Assembly: GCA_947252645.1 (NCBI GenBank)
Contig: CAMXWF010000003.1
Location: 65,974 to 129,973 of the forward strand
DNA: 64,000 nucleotides
Direction of reading: 5' to 3'
Source of the DNA: an uncultured Bacteroidia bacterium
GTDB taxonomy: Bacteria > Bacteroidota > Bacteroidia > Bacteroidales > CAJPTX01
Shown here piece after piece: positions 27,595 through 36,383 of the stretch (positions within the stretch are counted from its first letter, which is position 1; each line of letters starts with the position of its first letter). The position numbers were made by a program, and so were the translations under genes. The notes below the pieces were generated by a model, which was not told where the DNA came from, did not search any database, and saw only the letters and a program-made list of their open reading frames with translations.

Positions 27595-28803
27595 TTAACG
27601 CTCCTGGAAACCCTCGCGCTCCAATGCAAAATGCCCCAGGAGCAAATAGAGCAACTGCAGCGCTACCCGGATGGACTCCACCCGCGGGGAAAAACCACTC
27701 GTATGGAGTGCCCCCGTAGGCCCCACCCCCAGCCGGACAAAGAGCGAGGGCATGGCCTGGGCAAAATAGGCAAAATCATCGGTGGTCATGCGAAAATCCA
27801 ACTCCCGGCACTCCTCCACCCGCGAGGCCCGGGCGCATAGCAGCCTGAAGACATCGGCCAAGGCCGCATCGTTGAACAGCGCCGGGTAGCCATCCTGTAT
27901 GCGAACCCCTATGGAGACTCCGTGCACCTTAGCCACGCCCTCCGCAATGGTGTGGATAAGGCCCTTGGCCTGGGCGCGCCAAGGCTCATCGTGCGTACGA
28001 AAAGTACCCTGCAGCAGCACCTCGTCGGGCACCACGTTGGTAGCCCCCGCAGCTATCAGACGGCCGATGGTGAGCACCGTGGGGATTTGCGCCGGGGCCA
28101 ACCTCCCCGACACCGCCTGCAGCTGGACCACCAAGTCGCAGGCTGCCTGCACCGGATCGGCCAGCCGCTCGGGCATGGCTGCGTGACCACCTCGACCCTT
28201 CACCGCTATATGCAACTCATCCCCACTGGCCATGTAGCGCCCCACACGCACGCCCACCGACCCCACGGGCAACATCGGCTCGCTATGGAAGCAAAGCATG
28301 CGGGCCGGCCTATGCTGTGCAAACAGCGTGCTCCCCAAGATGGCCTGCGCTCCCCCGGGCAAGACCTCCTCACTCGACTCAAAGACAAATAGCGGCACAA
28401 GCTCTGCCGGGCACGCCAGCAGGGCTAGCGCCTTGGCAAACCCCAAGGCGATCCCCACGTGGAGGTCATGGCCGCAGGCGTGCATGACGGCATCCACCGC
28501 GCTGCGCGGGGAAGCCCCCAAATCCTCCTGTATTGGCAGGGCATCGAGCTCGGCCCGCAAACCAAAAAGCGGATGCGCCCCTCCCTGGCGATAGGCCAAA
28601 AAACTCGTGCACTGCGGGATGGACTCCACCGTATAGCCCATACCGCGCAGCTCCCGCTGCAGACGCACGCTGGTGTCATATTCGCAGCCCGAGAGCTCTG
28701 GATGGCAATGGATGGCCCGGCGGACGGCGCAGCCATACTGGTAAGCCTCATCAAACAGGGGCTCCACCTCCTGCCAACCTGGCAAACTCACCGCGCACTC
28801 CAT
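27595..28803 (-). CDS. M20D-family amidohydrolase (N-acyl-amino-acid/hippurate hydrolase type)
   Basis: 402 aa with HCHPELSGCE and MHACGHD metal-site blocks. Confidence 0.8.
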   Translation of the reverse strand: MECAVSLPGWQEVEPLFDEAYQYGCAVRRAIHCHPELSGCEYDTSVRLQRELRGMGYTVESIPQCTSFLAYRQGGAHPLFGLRAELDALPIQEDLGASPRSAVDAVMHACGHDLHVGIALGFAKALALLACPAELVPLFVFESSEEVLPGGAQAILGSTLFAQHRPARMLCFHSEPMLPVGSVGVRVGRYMASGDELHIAVKGRGGHAAMPERLADPVQAACDLVVQLQAVSGRLAPAQIPTVLTIGRLIAAGATNVVPDEVLLQGTFRTHDEPWRAQAKGLIHTIAEGVAKVHGVSIGVRIQDGYPALFNDAALADVFRLLCARASRVEECRELDFRMTTDDFAYFAQAMPSLFVRLGVGPTGALHTSGFSPRVESIRVALQLLYLLLGHFALEREGFQER

Positions 28804-28829
28804 GGCACTCCACTACACCTAGATATCCC

Positions 28830-29981
28830 CTACTGCGCCCCAAGGCCAAGGGGGAAAATAGCCAGCGAGCCCAGCTGCGCCACTGGCGTAACGAACTCCG
28901 CCAAGAGCGTATGCTGCACCCTGAGAGAAACCTTCACCAAGCGCGGCACCCTATAGTAGTAGGCACCGCGGAGGTTGCGCAACCGCACGGTATCGGGCAC
29001 GGGCATGGACTCCAGCGGCTCGAGGGTGATAAGCACCGGCAAGGCCGCGGCATCATGCGTCATACGCAGCCCCTCCGTGGGGGAAAAGCGACAAAGCATA
29101 TCGTAGCTACTCTCAACCGTAGGCGTATAGCGCACCTGCTGGCAGAGCGTATCCGTCTGGTAGAGGCCCAGGAAGAGAGAAAGATACTGTTGCTCCATGC
29201 GGTCGATGCCCCGCAGCATCGACTCCAGCTGCTGGTGCCCGCCCGTCACCTCCACATCGCCCCGCAGCAGATCCAGCCGCCGGGCGCGAAGGTCAAATAT
29301 CGTGGCGGCCACAGCCTGCGCCTGCTGCTGCAGGCCCTCCTGCACCATCACCGTGCGCTGCACGGGCACGGTGACAAAACTGCTATCCTTAGCTACGGTC
29401 TGGTAGTAGGTGCTCTTCTTGGTCTGCACAAACGGGGAAACTGCCCTATCGAGAAAGCGAGGTGCTGGTTCGCTGGGCAGGTGACCATTGGGGGTCGGCC
29501 TCGCCATCTGCTCCCACGTTGCGGGCATGAGCGACCCCTCAGGCAGCGCCAAGAACTCGGCCGGCAAGGTGGCGCTAAGCCCCTTGGCCAAGAACGGCTG
29601 CTGGCGATCGGGCTCACGCTGACGGCTAATTGTGGCCGAGACGATGGCCCAGATGGTCTGCCCCTGCATGGTCGGCGGCTCCACCCCCAAGAACTGGCTG
29701 GCATACTCAGCATAGGGCCCCGGCGTATAGACGCTACGCCGCAGCGTGAAATCCACCACCAGCACATCCTGCGGCAGGTAGTAGAGGCGGTAAGCCCCCC
29801 GCTGAAAGCGTGAGGCCGTGTAGGGATAAAGCCGTACGCCCCGCGGCGCGCACCCTATCAGCGCAAGCCCGACCACGGCCACCAGCCACGCTACCCCCAA
29901 CGACCTACCCACGCCCAAGATGCTATTGATGCGCAGATCCCCCGAGAGAATGCCCCCGAAGAGCCCGCAAAGTCCACACAA
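28830..29981 (-). CDS. DUF4831-like lipoprotein
   Basis: 383 aa with a lipobox (LALIGCAP). Family assignment is recalled only and the exact start is uncertain. Confidence 0.55.
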   Translation of the reverse strand: MCGLCGLFGGILSGDLRINSILGVGRSLGVAWLVAVVGLALIGCAPRGVRLYPYTASRFQRGAYRLYYLPQDVLVVDFTLRRSVYTPGPYAEYASQFLGVEPPTMQGQTIWAIVSATISRQREPDRQQPFLAKGLSATLPAEFLALPEGSLMPATWEQMARPTPNGHLPSEPAPRFLDRAVSPFVQTKKSTYYQTVAKDSSFVTVPVQRTVMVQEGLQQQAQAVAATIFDLRARRLDLLRGDVEVTGGHQQLESMLRGIDRMEQQYLSLFLGLYQTDTLCQQVRYTPTVESSYDMLCRFSPTEGLRMTHDAAALPVLITLEPLESMPVPDTVRLRNLRGAYYYRVPRLVKVSLRVQHTLLAEFVTPVAQLGSLAIFPLGLGAQ

Positions 29982-29984
29982 ACG

Positions 29985-31274
29985 CTATAGGAAAAGCAGC
30001 GCAATGACTATGAATATCGGCAGCAGCACGATGAGGGAAAAATGCGTCATGTAGCGGAAGAAGGAGGGCATCTTGATGCCATTCTCCTCGGCAATGGACT
30101 TGACCATGAAGTTGGGGCCATTGCCTATGTAGGTAAGCGATCCAAACATCACGGCGCCCAAGCTGATAGCCGCCAAGAGATCCTGCGGAATACCCGCCAC
30201 CAGCGTGGCCCCCTCTGGCACGGGCAACCCCTTGGCCACTGCATGGAAAGCCAAGGCCGTAGGCGTGTTGTCCAAAAAGCCCGAAAGCGCCCCCGTGGCA
30301 AAGTAGAAATGCTTAGCACTCGTCAGCCCCAGCGAGGGCGCATGCTGCTGCAAATACTGCAGTGCCGGCACCATGGTGATGAAAATCCCAATAAACAGGC
30401 AGGCCACCTCGAGAATCGGCGCCCAGGAGAACTTATTGTCTATTCTCACCTGACGCCTGGTGGTCAAGAGCGACGCGATGATCATCAGCGCGATGAAGCC
30501 ATCACGAAGGAACTTCCAGTAGTTGTGCGCGCCCGCCATGAAGGGGAAGTAGTGCTCGTTGAGGAAAGCCACCGCCAGCACAATGCCCACCAGCCAGATG
30601 AAGTTGACCTTCCCCGTAATGCGCAGGGGCGTGCGCTCGGCCGCATCGCGCGCTAAGGCCTCCTTGGGCTCGCGACGATAGAGCCAGCTATCCCAAAGGA
30701 AGTAGACGACCAGCAACGTCACATTGAATAGCAACCACTCGGGCAGCAGGTGGAAAAACCAGCCGAACGGCGCACCGTAGAGGTAGAGCATGAACAGGGG
30801 CGGATCGCCCAGCGGCGTGAGCAATCCCCCGCAGTTGGCCACTACGGCAATGAAGAACAGCACGGTGTGCACCTTCTTCGTGCGCTCGCGGTTGGTCTCC
30901 AAGAGCGGCCGAATAAGCAGCATGGCAGCCCCCGTAGTGCCTATAAGCGAGGCCAGAACAGCCCCTATGCCCAAGATGGCCGTGTTGGTGGTGGGCTTGG
31001 CCAGCAAGTCACCACTCAGATGGATGCCCCCTGTCACTGCAAACAGCCCCAACAGCAGCACGATGAAGGGGATATAGTCGAAAACCACCTGGTGCGCCAC
31101 CGCCTCGCGAATATCAAAATAGCACGCAATGAGGCATGTGGGCACGGCCAGCAGCAGCGAAACCAGCAGCTTGTTGAGATTCGATTCCCACCACTTGCCC
31201 ACCAAGGCCGGCAGCAACGCAATGGCCAGCAGCATGAGGATGAAGGGAATTAATGTCCACGCTTGCAGCTCCAT
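29985..31274 (-). CDS. ArsB/NhaD-superfamily ion transporter (sodium:proton antiporter-like)
   Basis: 429 aa and polytopic (~11-12 TM segments), with the GGLLTPLGDPPLFM block typical of this permease family. Confidence 0.75.
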   Translation of the reverse strand: MELQAWTLIPFILMLLAIALLPALVGKWWESNLNKLLVSLLLAVPTCLIACYFDIREAVAHQVVFDYIPFIVLLLGLFAVTGGIHLSGDLLAKPTTNTAILGIGAVLASLIGTTGAAMLLIRPLLETNRERTKKVHTVLFFIAVVANCGGLLTPLGDPPLFMLYLYGAPFGWFFHLLPEWLLFNVTLLVVYFLWDSWLYRREPKEALARDAAERTPLRITGKVNFIWLVGIVLAVAFLNEHYFPFMAGAHNYWKFLRDGFIALMIIASLLTTRRQVRIDNKFSWAPILEVACLFIGIFITMVPALQYLQQHAPSLGLTSAKHFYFATGALSGFLDNTPTALAFHAVAKGLPVPEGATLVAGIPQDLLAAISLGAVMFGSLTYIGNGPNFMVKSIAEENGIKMPSFFRYMTHFSLIVLLPIFIVIALLFL

Positions 31275-31394
31275 ATCCTGTTCAAGATTTATCTTTGTTC
31301 AACCATTCTTCCACACCACTTGCCGATGCGTACGCACCTCGCATGGCTGGGGCTACAGCCCACGCCCCCAGGGACGACCCGCAAGGCCGCCTCC

Positions 31395-31820
31395 CTACTT
31401 CTGCGGCTCGTCGTAGTCAGAAAAATCCATCATCCCCTGGGCATTGAGCAGCGAAAACCACTTGATGGCCTTGCGCATATTGCTCAGGTAGACCCGCTGC
31501 GGATCGTAGTTGGGCAGGGCCTCCTGGAAGGCAGCCCGCACCTCGTCATCGGAGGACTTCGACGTGATGGCCAAATAGCGCTCCGCGTGCTCAGCCATCT
31601 TGGCATACACCTTGCGCAGGGGCACATCGGCCTCCTCTGTATATATGGAAATGTCGTAGAGCGAACTCACATCCTGCAAGCCCGACACCTCAAACCGCGC
31701 CCCGCCCGCCAGCGGCTCCACGATGATCCCAAACCGACTGTTGGCCACATAGCGATAGAGCCCCGGCCGACCCGACAGACTCAATATGGCCTTTAGCCCC
31801 TCCCGCTCCACTTTGCGCAT
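31395..31820 (-). CDS. DUF5606-like protein
   Basis: ATG at 31820 gives 141 aa (MRKVEREGLKAILSLSGRPGLYRYV...). The ORF-track extension contains a promoter-like box. Confidence 0.6.
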   Translation of the reverse strand: MRKVEREGLKAILSLSGRPGLYRYVANSRFGIIVEPLAGGARFEVSGLQDVSSLYDISIYTEEADVPLRKVYAKMAEHAERYLAITSKSSDDEVRAAFQEALPNYDPQRVYLSNMRKAIKWFSLLNAQGMMDFSDYDEPQK

Positions 31821-31847
31821 AGCTCGCCCCCTCGTTTCTAGTACCCG

Positions 31848-31855
31848 CGAAGGTA
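31848..31855 (-). promoter_or_regulatory. -7-like promoter box (TACCTTCG, one mismatch)
   Basis: 28 nt upstream of the ATG at 31820. It is a variant of TAnnTTTG. Confidence 0.4.
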
Positions 31856-32006
31856 CGATATTATTCGTATTCGGGAAGCTGCCCCTACGCCCCCACCCCA
31901 CAAGCTACAAGCTGGCCCACGATGCTCTCGCCCACGGCAACGCAGCGAAATGTTAATGCAGCAGAAACCATTCAACACGTCGCCTGGTGGCCCCACGCCC
32001 CCTGCT

Positions 32007-32072
32007 CCGTACCAACTCCGCTAAAAAGCCTAAAATATGCGGCGTTGGTACGGCGAAGGTGCGGCGAAGGTA
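32007..32072. repeat. dispersed repeat copy B: 15-bp hairpin arms + CTCCGCTAAAA + three phased 11-mers (CGGCGTTGGTA CGGCGAAGGTG CGGCGAAGGTA)
   Basis: Arms 32007-32021 / 32039-32053 are complementary with one mismatch around a 17-nt AT-rich loop. It shares exact 11-mer and 16-mer strings with 1203-1241. Confidence 0.7.
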
Positions 32073-32287
32073 TGGAGTGAAATTGGCGGGAGGTTGAAAC
32101 AGACCACCGATTTTTTCTCTGCGCAAATTGCCCTAATCGCGCATTCGCCCGTAGTGTCAACCAAGGTTAAAATGGGGGTCGTTTGCTCCCCATGGCAGGG
32201 CGTTAAGCGTTTCCCCTCGGCCCTGGCGCGCTGCTTCAGGGCGCACGGGCCGCCTAGGCCAAGGAACATGCGCGCACAGCCTTGCGT

Positions 32288-33739
32288 TCACAGCTCACCG
32301 CCCGGGGTGGGGCTTTGGAGTTCCAGGGGGTCGTCAACAGGCTCAAGCTCCAGGACCTGCCGGCTAGCTTCGGGGGTGAGCTCGCCCACGCCGCGGAGCT
32401 TTCGATTGATGACGCGGGTCCGCTGGCTTGCACCATCGATGACGTTGCTGGCCTCGGCGAGCTTCTTCTTGGTTTTCTCCAGGACTGCGCCGAACTTGCT
32501 GAACTCAGTCTTCACGGCCCCCAGCAGCGTCCAGACCTCGCTGGTATGCTTCTCGATGGTCAGGGTGCGGAAGCCCATGCTCAGGCAGTTCAGCAGGGCA
32601 GCCAGGTTCGTGGGCCCCACGGCGAGAACATGGTAGTTTTGCCGCAAGGACTCAAAGAGATCCGTACGCTTGACAATCTCGGCGTAGAGGCCCTCGGTGG
32701 GCACAAACAGGATGGCAAAATCGGTGGTCACGGGCGGCAAGATGTACTTGCGCTGGATGTCGTCGGCCGCCTTCCTGATGGCCTGCTCAAACAGCCGCCC
32801 CGTGCGCTCCACCTCGCCCCGGCGCGTATCGTCGGTTAGCTCATAGGCCTCGAGCAGGCGCCGGTAATCTTCTAGGGGAAACTTCGAGTCGATGGGAAGC
32901 AATAGGGGCTTGCTGTCGGGGCTGCGCCCGGGGAACTTCACGGCGTACTCCACCACCTCCTGGGTTTGGGAGTTGATGTGCGCATTTTGCACGTACTGCT
33001 CGGGCGCCATGATGTCGGCAAGAATGCTACCGAGCTGCACCTCGCCCAGATTGCCCCGCATCTTCACGTTGGTTAGCACCCGCTTCAAGTCGCCCACGCC
33101 CACGGCGAGCGACTGCATCTCGCCTAGGCCCTTCTGGACGGCCTCAAGCCGCTGGCTGATGAGCTTAAACGATTGGTCGAAGCGCTGCTCCACCGTGGCC
33201 TGGAGTTTTTCATCCACAGTCTGGCGCATCTCCTCGAGCTTCTTGGCATTATCGGTCTGCAGCGCCGTAAGCCGCGTCTCCACCATGGTGCGCATCTCCT
33301 TGAGCTTATTGTCGGTGCCCTCGCGTAGCTCCGTAAGGCGGGCAATCTGCTCCTGGAAGCGCTCGATCTGCATGGTGCCCAGGCGCTCCACGGCCTCCTT
33401 GAAAGAGGTGAGATACTTGCGCTGCTCTGCCCCAAGGTCCATCATGGTCTGCTGCTGAGTGGCCCCCATGCGCACGTAGGTCTGCTGCTGGCTCTCACCC
33501 AACGTCCGAAAACTCTGCTGCAGCTCGCCCCGCTGGCTACTCAGGAGCATTTGCGTCTGCTCGGCATACTGCCTATAGGTTTTCTGGAGGCTTTCCTCCA
33601 AATCCTTGAGCTGCGCAAACGCCCGCTCCAGACCCCTGCCCCCGCCAGCCCATTGCCCCCCACTCCTGAGCAACAAAATCACCAGCAGCACCACCGCCAG
33701 TGCCACCAAAATAAGTGTAACAATCAGAATAATCCACAC
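32288..33739 (-). CDS. rmuC: DNA recombination protein RmuC
   Basis: 483 aa with an N-terminal TM helix, a long coiled coil and a C-terminal RmuC-type domain (FAILFVPTEGLY...). Confidence 0.85.
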   Translation of the reverse strand: MWIILIVTLILVALAVVLLVILLLRSGGQWAGGGRGLERAFAQLKDLEESLQKTYRQYAEQTQMLLSSQRGELQQSFRTLGESQQQTYVRMGATQQQTMMDLGAEQRKYLTSFKEAVERLGTMQIERFQEQIARLTELREGTDNKLKEMRTMVETRLTALQTDNAKKLEEMRQTVDEKLQATVEQRFDQSFKLISQRLEAVQKGLGEMQSLAVGVGDLKRVLTNVKMRGNLGEVQLGSILADIMAPEQYVQNAHINSQTQEVVEYAVKFPGRSPDSKPLLLPIDSKFPLEDYRRLLEAYELTDDTRRGEVERTGRLFEQAIRKAADDIQRKYILPPVTTDFAILFVPTEGLYAEIVKRTDLFESLRQNYHVLAVGPTNLAALLNCLSMGFRTLTIEKHTSEVWTLLGAVKTEFSKFGAVLEKTKKKLAEASNVIDGASQRTRVINRKLRGVGELTPEASRQVLELEPVDDPLELQSPTPGGEL

Positions 33740-33773
33740 AGTCGTTGTGACCCCACAATTTCAATTCCCGCAG

Positions 33774-33781
33774 CGAAGGTA
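33774..33781 (-). promoter_or_regulatory. -7-like promoter box (TACCTTCG) for rmuC
   Basis: 35 nt upstream of the rmuC ATG, with one mismatch to TAnnTTTG. Confidence 0.4.
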
Positions 33782-33935
33782 GAGAAAAACACCGGAGGAG
33801 GGCGCAGGACAAAGGACAGACCCCTGCGCACCAGGGCATCCGATGCAGGCGCCGACACCGTCAAGGGAGACATCGGGCCTGGCGCCATCTACACCACCCC
33901 ATCGCGGCACGCATGAGGCCTTGGGAAGGTCATCC

Positions 33936-34211
33936 TCAAGCCCAAGGAAATGGGGCCAGAAGGCCAAAGAGGCTCTGGGTATTCTGCGTGGGTCCCTCGA
34001 GTGGTACGACCAATGGATTAACTCTAGCCCCGATTAGGGTCCACTGGCTCACCTGGTTGACCTCGAGGGCATCCTGCAGGAGGGGGCGCAAGCTGCTGGT
34101 CTGCCAGCTGCCGGGGCTCGGCGTTCGCCACCAGGCGGGAGCGCCGCTGGTTGAAGCTTTGTGGGTAAAGCGCAGGCCGCGTGTCGCCAGAATGCTGGTG
34201 TGGTTGATCAT
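33936..34211 (-). CDS. hypothetical small protein (91 aa), possibly a gene remnant
   Basis: ATG ORF with strong C/G third-position bias in its first ~60 codons. A consensus -7 box (TATATTTG, 34239-34246) sits ~30 nt upstream. I recognised no family. Confidence 0.3.
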   Translation of the reverse strand: MINHTSILATRGLRFTHKASTSGAPAWWRTPSPGSWQTSSLRPLLQDALEVNQVSQWTLIGARVNPLVVPLEGPTQNTQSLFGLLAPFPWA

Positions 34212-34362
34212 GGTGAGGGAGGTGGGCTGGAGTCATACCAAATATACGTAGTAAGTATAGAGAATGGTTACTCGAGCGGTTGGGAAAGCGCATCGTTGGG
34301 GGAGGCAAGGCAGTTTTCCCCGTTGTCGGAGGGGGCGCAGGGCTTCGGGCAATAAATATGGC

Positions 34363-34370
34363 TAACTTTG
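34363..34370 (+). promoter_or_regulatory. -7 promoter box (TAACTTTG) for the aspartase gene
   Basis: TAnnTTTG consensus 59 nt upstream of the ATG at 34429. Confidence 0.6.
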
Positions 34371-34428
34371 CCACGTGGTGAGACGGTTTGGCGGCGAATA
34401 CTGGTATCGACAATAATACGGCATAAGT

Positions 34429-36285
34429 ATGAATAGGCAGCAGATCACGGATTTTTTGCGGAGTATCAAGCTGTTTGAATCCCTGAGCGAGCAGCAGCTG
34501 GAGGGCATAGCGGCCCATACGCAGGAGATGTCATTCCGGCAGGGCGACCTGCTCTTTGAGGAGAACAGCCCGCGCGAGGCCTTTTTTGTCATCGTGGAGG
34601 GGAGCGTGGAGCTCTACAAGAGCACGCCGCAGGGGGCCGAGACCAAATTCACCATATTCCACCGTGGAGACTTCCTGGGGGAGGGGTCGTGGGTGCCCAA
34701 TTCCACGCACTCGACCAACGCCAAGGCACTAGAGCCCACCAAGGTGATAGTGGTTGGGAAGGAGGCCCTGAACCGCGATGCGGACGCCACGCTGAAGGTG
34801 TTCTCCAACATCATCCAGGTGGTCTCGCAGCGCATGGGCTACTCGAACTCGATGCGCATACGCATGGGTCAGCAATACTTCTCTGGCAACACGCGCACCG
34901 AGCACGACCTGCTGGGGGAGCGTGAGGTGCCCGCCGAGAGCTACTACGGCGTGCAGACCCTACGGGCCACCGAGAACTTCATGATCTCGGGGGTGACGCT
35001 GAACTTCTACCCGCACATCATCCGCGGGCTAGCCCTGGTGAAAGCGGCGGCGGCGGAGGCCAACCACGCCCTGGGGCTGCTGCCCGATGCCGTCTACGAG
35101 GCCATTGAGGCGGCCTGCCAAGAGCTACTCGACGGCAAGCACTACTACAACTTCGTGGTCGACATGATCCAGGGCGGCGCAGGCACCTCCACCAACATGA
35201 ATGCCAACGAGGTGATAGCCAACCGGGCCCTAGAGATCATGGGGCACAAGAAGGGCGAATACCAGTACTGCCACCCCAACAACCACGTCAACTGCTCGCA
35301 GTCGACCAATGACTCCTACCCCACGGCCATGAAGCTCGGGGTCTACATGGCCAACAGGACGCTGGTCGATGTGCTCAAGCGCCTCTCGGATGCCTTCTCG
35401 TGCAAGGCCAAAGAGGTGGGCGATGTCATCAAGATGGGGCGCACACAGCTACAGGATGCCGTGCCCATGACCCTGGGGCAGGAGTTCCAGGGCTACGCCG
35501 ACCTGCTGGGCGGCGAGGTGCAGTCGCTAGAGCAGGCCGCCGACAAGCTCCTGGAGATCAACATGGGGGCCACGGCCATCGGGACGGGCATCAACTCCAC
35601 CCCGGGCTACGCCGAGAAGTGCGTGGCCGCCCTGGCCAAGCGCTCTGGCTTCAAGGTACACAACGCCAAAAACCTCATTCCCGCCACGTACGACCTAGGG
35701 GCCTTCCAGGCCTACTCCGCCGCCCTCAAGCAGCTGGCCGTGAAGCTCTCGAAGGTCTGCAACGACCTCCGCCTGCTCTCCTCAGGCCCGCGCTGCGGGC
35801 TCAACGAGATCAACCTGCCCCCACGCCAACCCGGCTCGACGATCATGCCCGGAAAGGTCAACCCGGTCATCCCCGAGGTGGTCACCATGACCTGCTTCAA
35901 GGCCATTGGCAACGACGTGACCGTCACCCTGGCGGCCGAGGCAGGACAGCTCGAGCTCAACGTGTTCGAACCCGTGGCCGTGCAAAGCATCTTCGAGACC
36001 GTAGAAATGCTCAAAAATGGCATGAAGACTCTCCAGTACCGCTGCGTGGAGGGGATCACCGTGAACCGCGAACGCTGCAAGCAGATGGTCTACAATAGCA
36101 TCGGCATCGTCACGGCCCTCAACCCCTACATCGGCTACGAGCGCTCCACCCAGGTGGCCAAGGAGGCCTTGGACACGCACGCCAGCGTGTACGACCTAGT
36201 GCTACAGAAAGGCTGGCTCTCGAAAGAAAAGCTCGACGACATCCTCTCCCCAGAGCACATGCTGCGCCCACGGGAGGTGAAGTAG
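34429..36285 (+). CDS. aspA: aspartate ammonia-lyase with N-terminal cyclic-nucleotide-binding-like domain
   Basis: 618 aa. Residues ~155-618 are aspartase/fumarase class II (GSTIMPGKVNPVIPEVV signature, SQSTNDSYPT). Residues 1-~145 have cNMP-binding-domain patterns (LFESLSEQQL...FRQGDLLFEEN...FFVIVEGSVELY...GDFLGEG). Confidence 0.85.
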   Translation: MNRQQITDFLRSIKLFESLSEQQLEGIAAHTQEMSFRQGDLLFEENSPREAFFVIVEGSVELYKSTPQGAETKFTIFHRGDFLGEGSWVPNSTHSTNAKALEPTKVIVVGKEALNRDADATLKVFSNIIQVVSQRMGYSNSMRIRMGQQYFSGNTRTEHDLLGEREVPAESYYGVQTLRATENFMISGVTLNFYPHIIRGLALVKAAAAEANHALGLLPDAVYEAIEAACQELLDGKHYYNFVVDMIQGGAGTSTNMNANEVIANRALEIMGHKKGEYQYCHPNNHVNCSQSTNDSYPTAMKLGVYMANRTLVDVLKRLSDAFSCKAKEVGDVIKMGRTQLQDAVPMTLGQEFQGYADLLGGEVQSLEQAADKLLEINMGATAIGTGINSTPGYAEKCVAALAKRSGFKVHNAKNLIPATYDLGAFQAYSAALKQLAVKLSKVCNDLRLLSSGPRCGLNEINLPPRQPGSTIMPGKVNPVIPEVVTMTCFKAIGNDVTVTLAAEAGQLELNVFEPVAVQSIFETVEMLKNGMKTLQYRCVEGITVNRERCKQMVYNSIGIVTALNPYIGYERSTQVAKEALDTHASVYDLVLQKGWLSKEKLDDILSPEHMLRPREVK

Positions 36286-36316
36286 CCCCGCGTAGTAGAA
36301 CACCAAAGTAGCTTGG

Positions 36317-36358
36317 GCCCCCTGCCCAGTCGGCTGGTCTGACGGGCAGGGGGCTTCT
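36317..36358 (+). terminator. probable intrinsic terminator after aspA
   Basis: 11-bp perfect stem GCCCCCTGCCC / GGGCAGGGGGC (36317-36327 / 36344-36354), followed by TTCT. The U-tract is weak. Confidence 0.5.
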
Positions 36359-36383
36359 AGCCAAGTCTTAAGGCAAAACCAGA

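Noticed and set aside
28533-29813. 426-aa plus-strand ORF antisense to the DUF4831-like gene. Similar long antisense ORFs occur at 59745-60923, 54213-55202, 47447-48397, 17339-18253, 39273-40073, 46652-47416, 32282-32839, 4229-4942 and 37191-37913.
   Set aside because: All lie opposite genes with clear conserved motifs. Their translations are Arg/Gly/Pro/His/Ala-rich low-complexity sequence, and they lack promoter boxes. Long stop-free antisense frames are expected at ~60% GC.
34024-34518. 164-aa minus-strand ORF spanning the aspA promoter and start.
   Set aside because: It overlaps the aspA promoter box and the first 30 codons antisense, and its sequence is Pro/Ala/His-rich with no motif.
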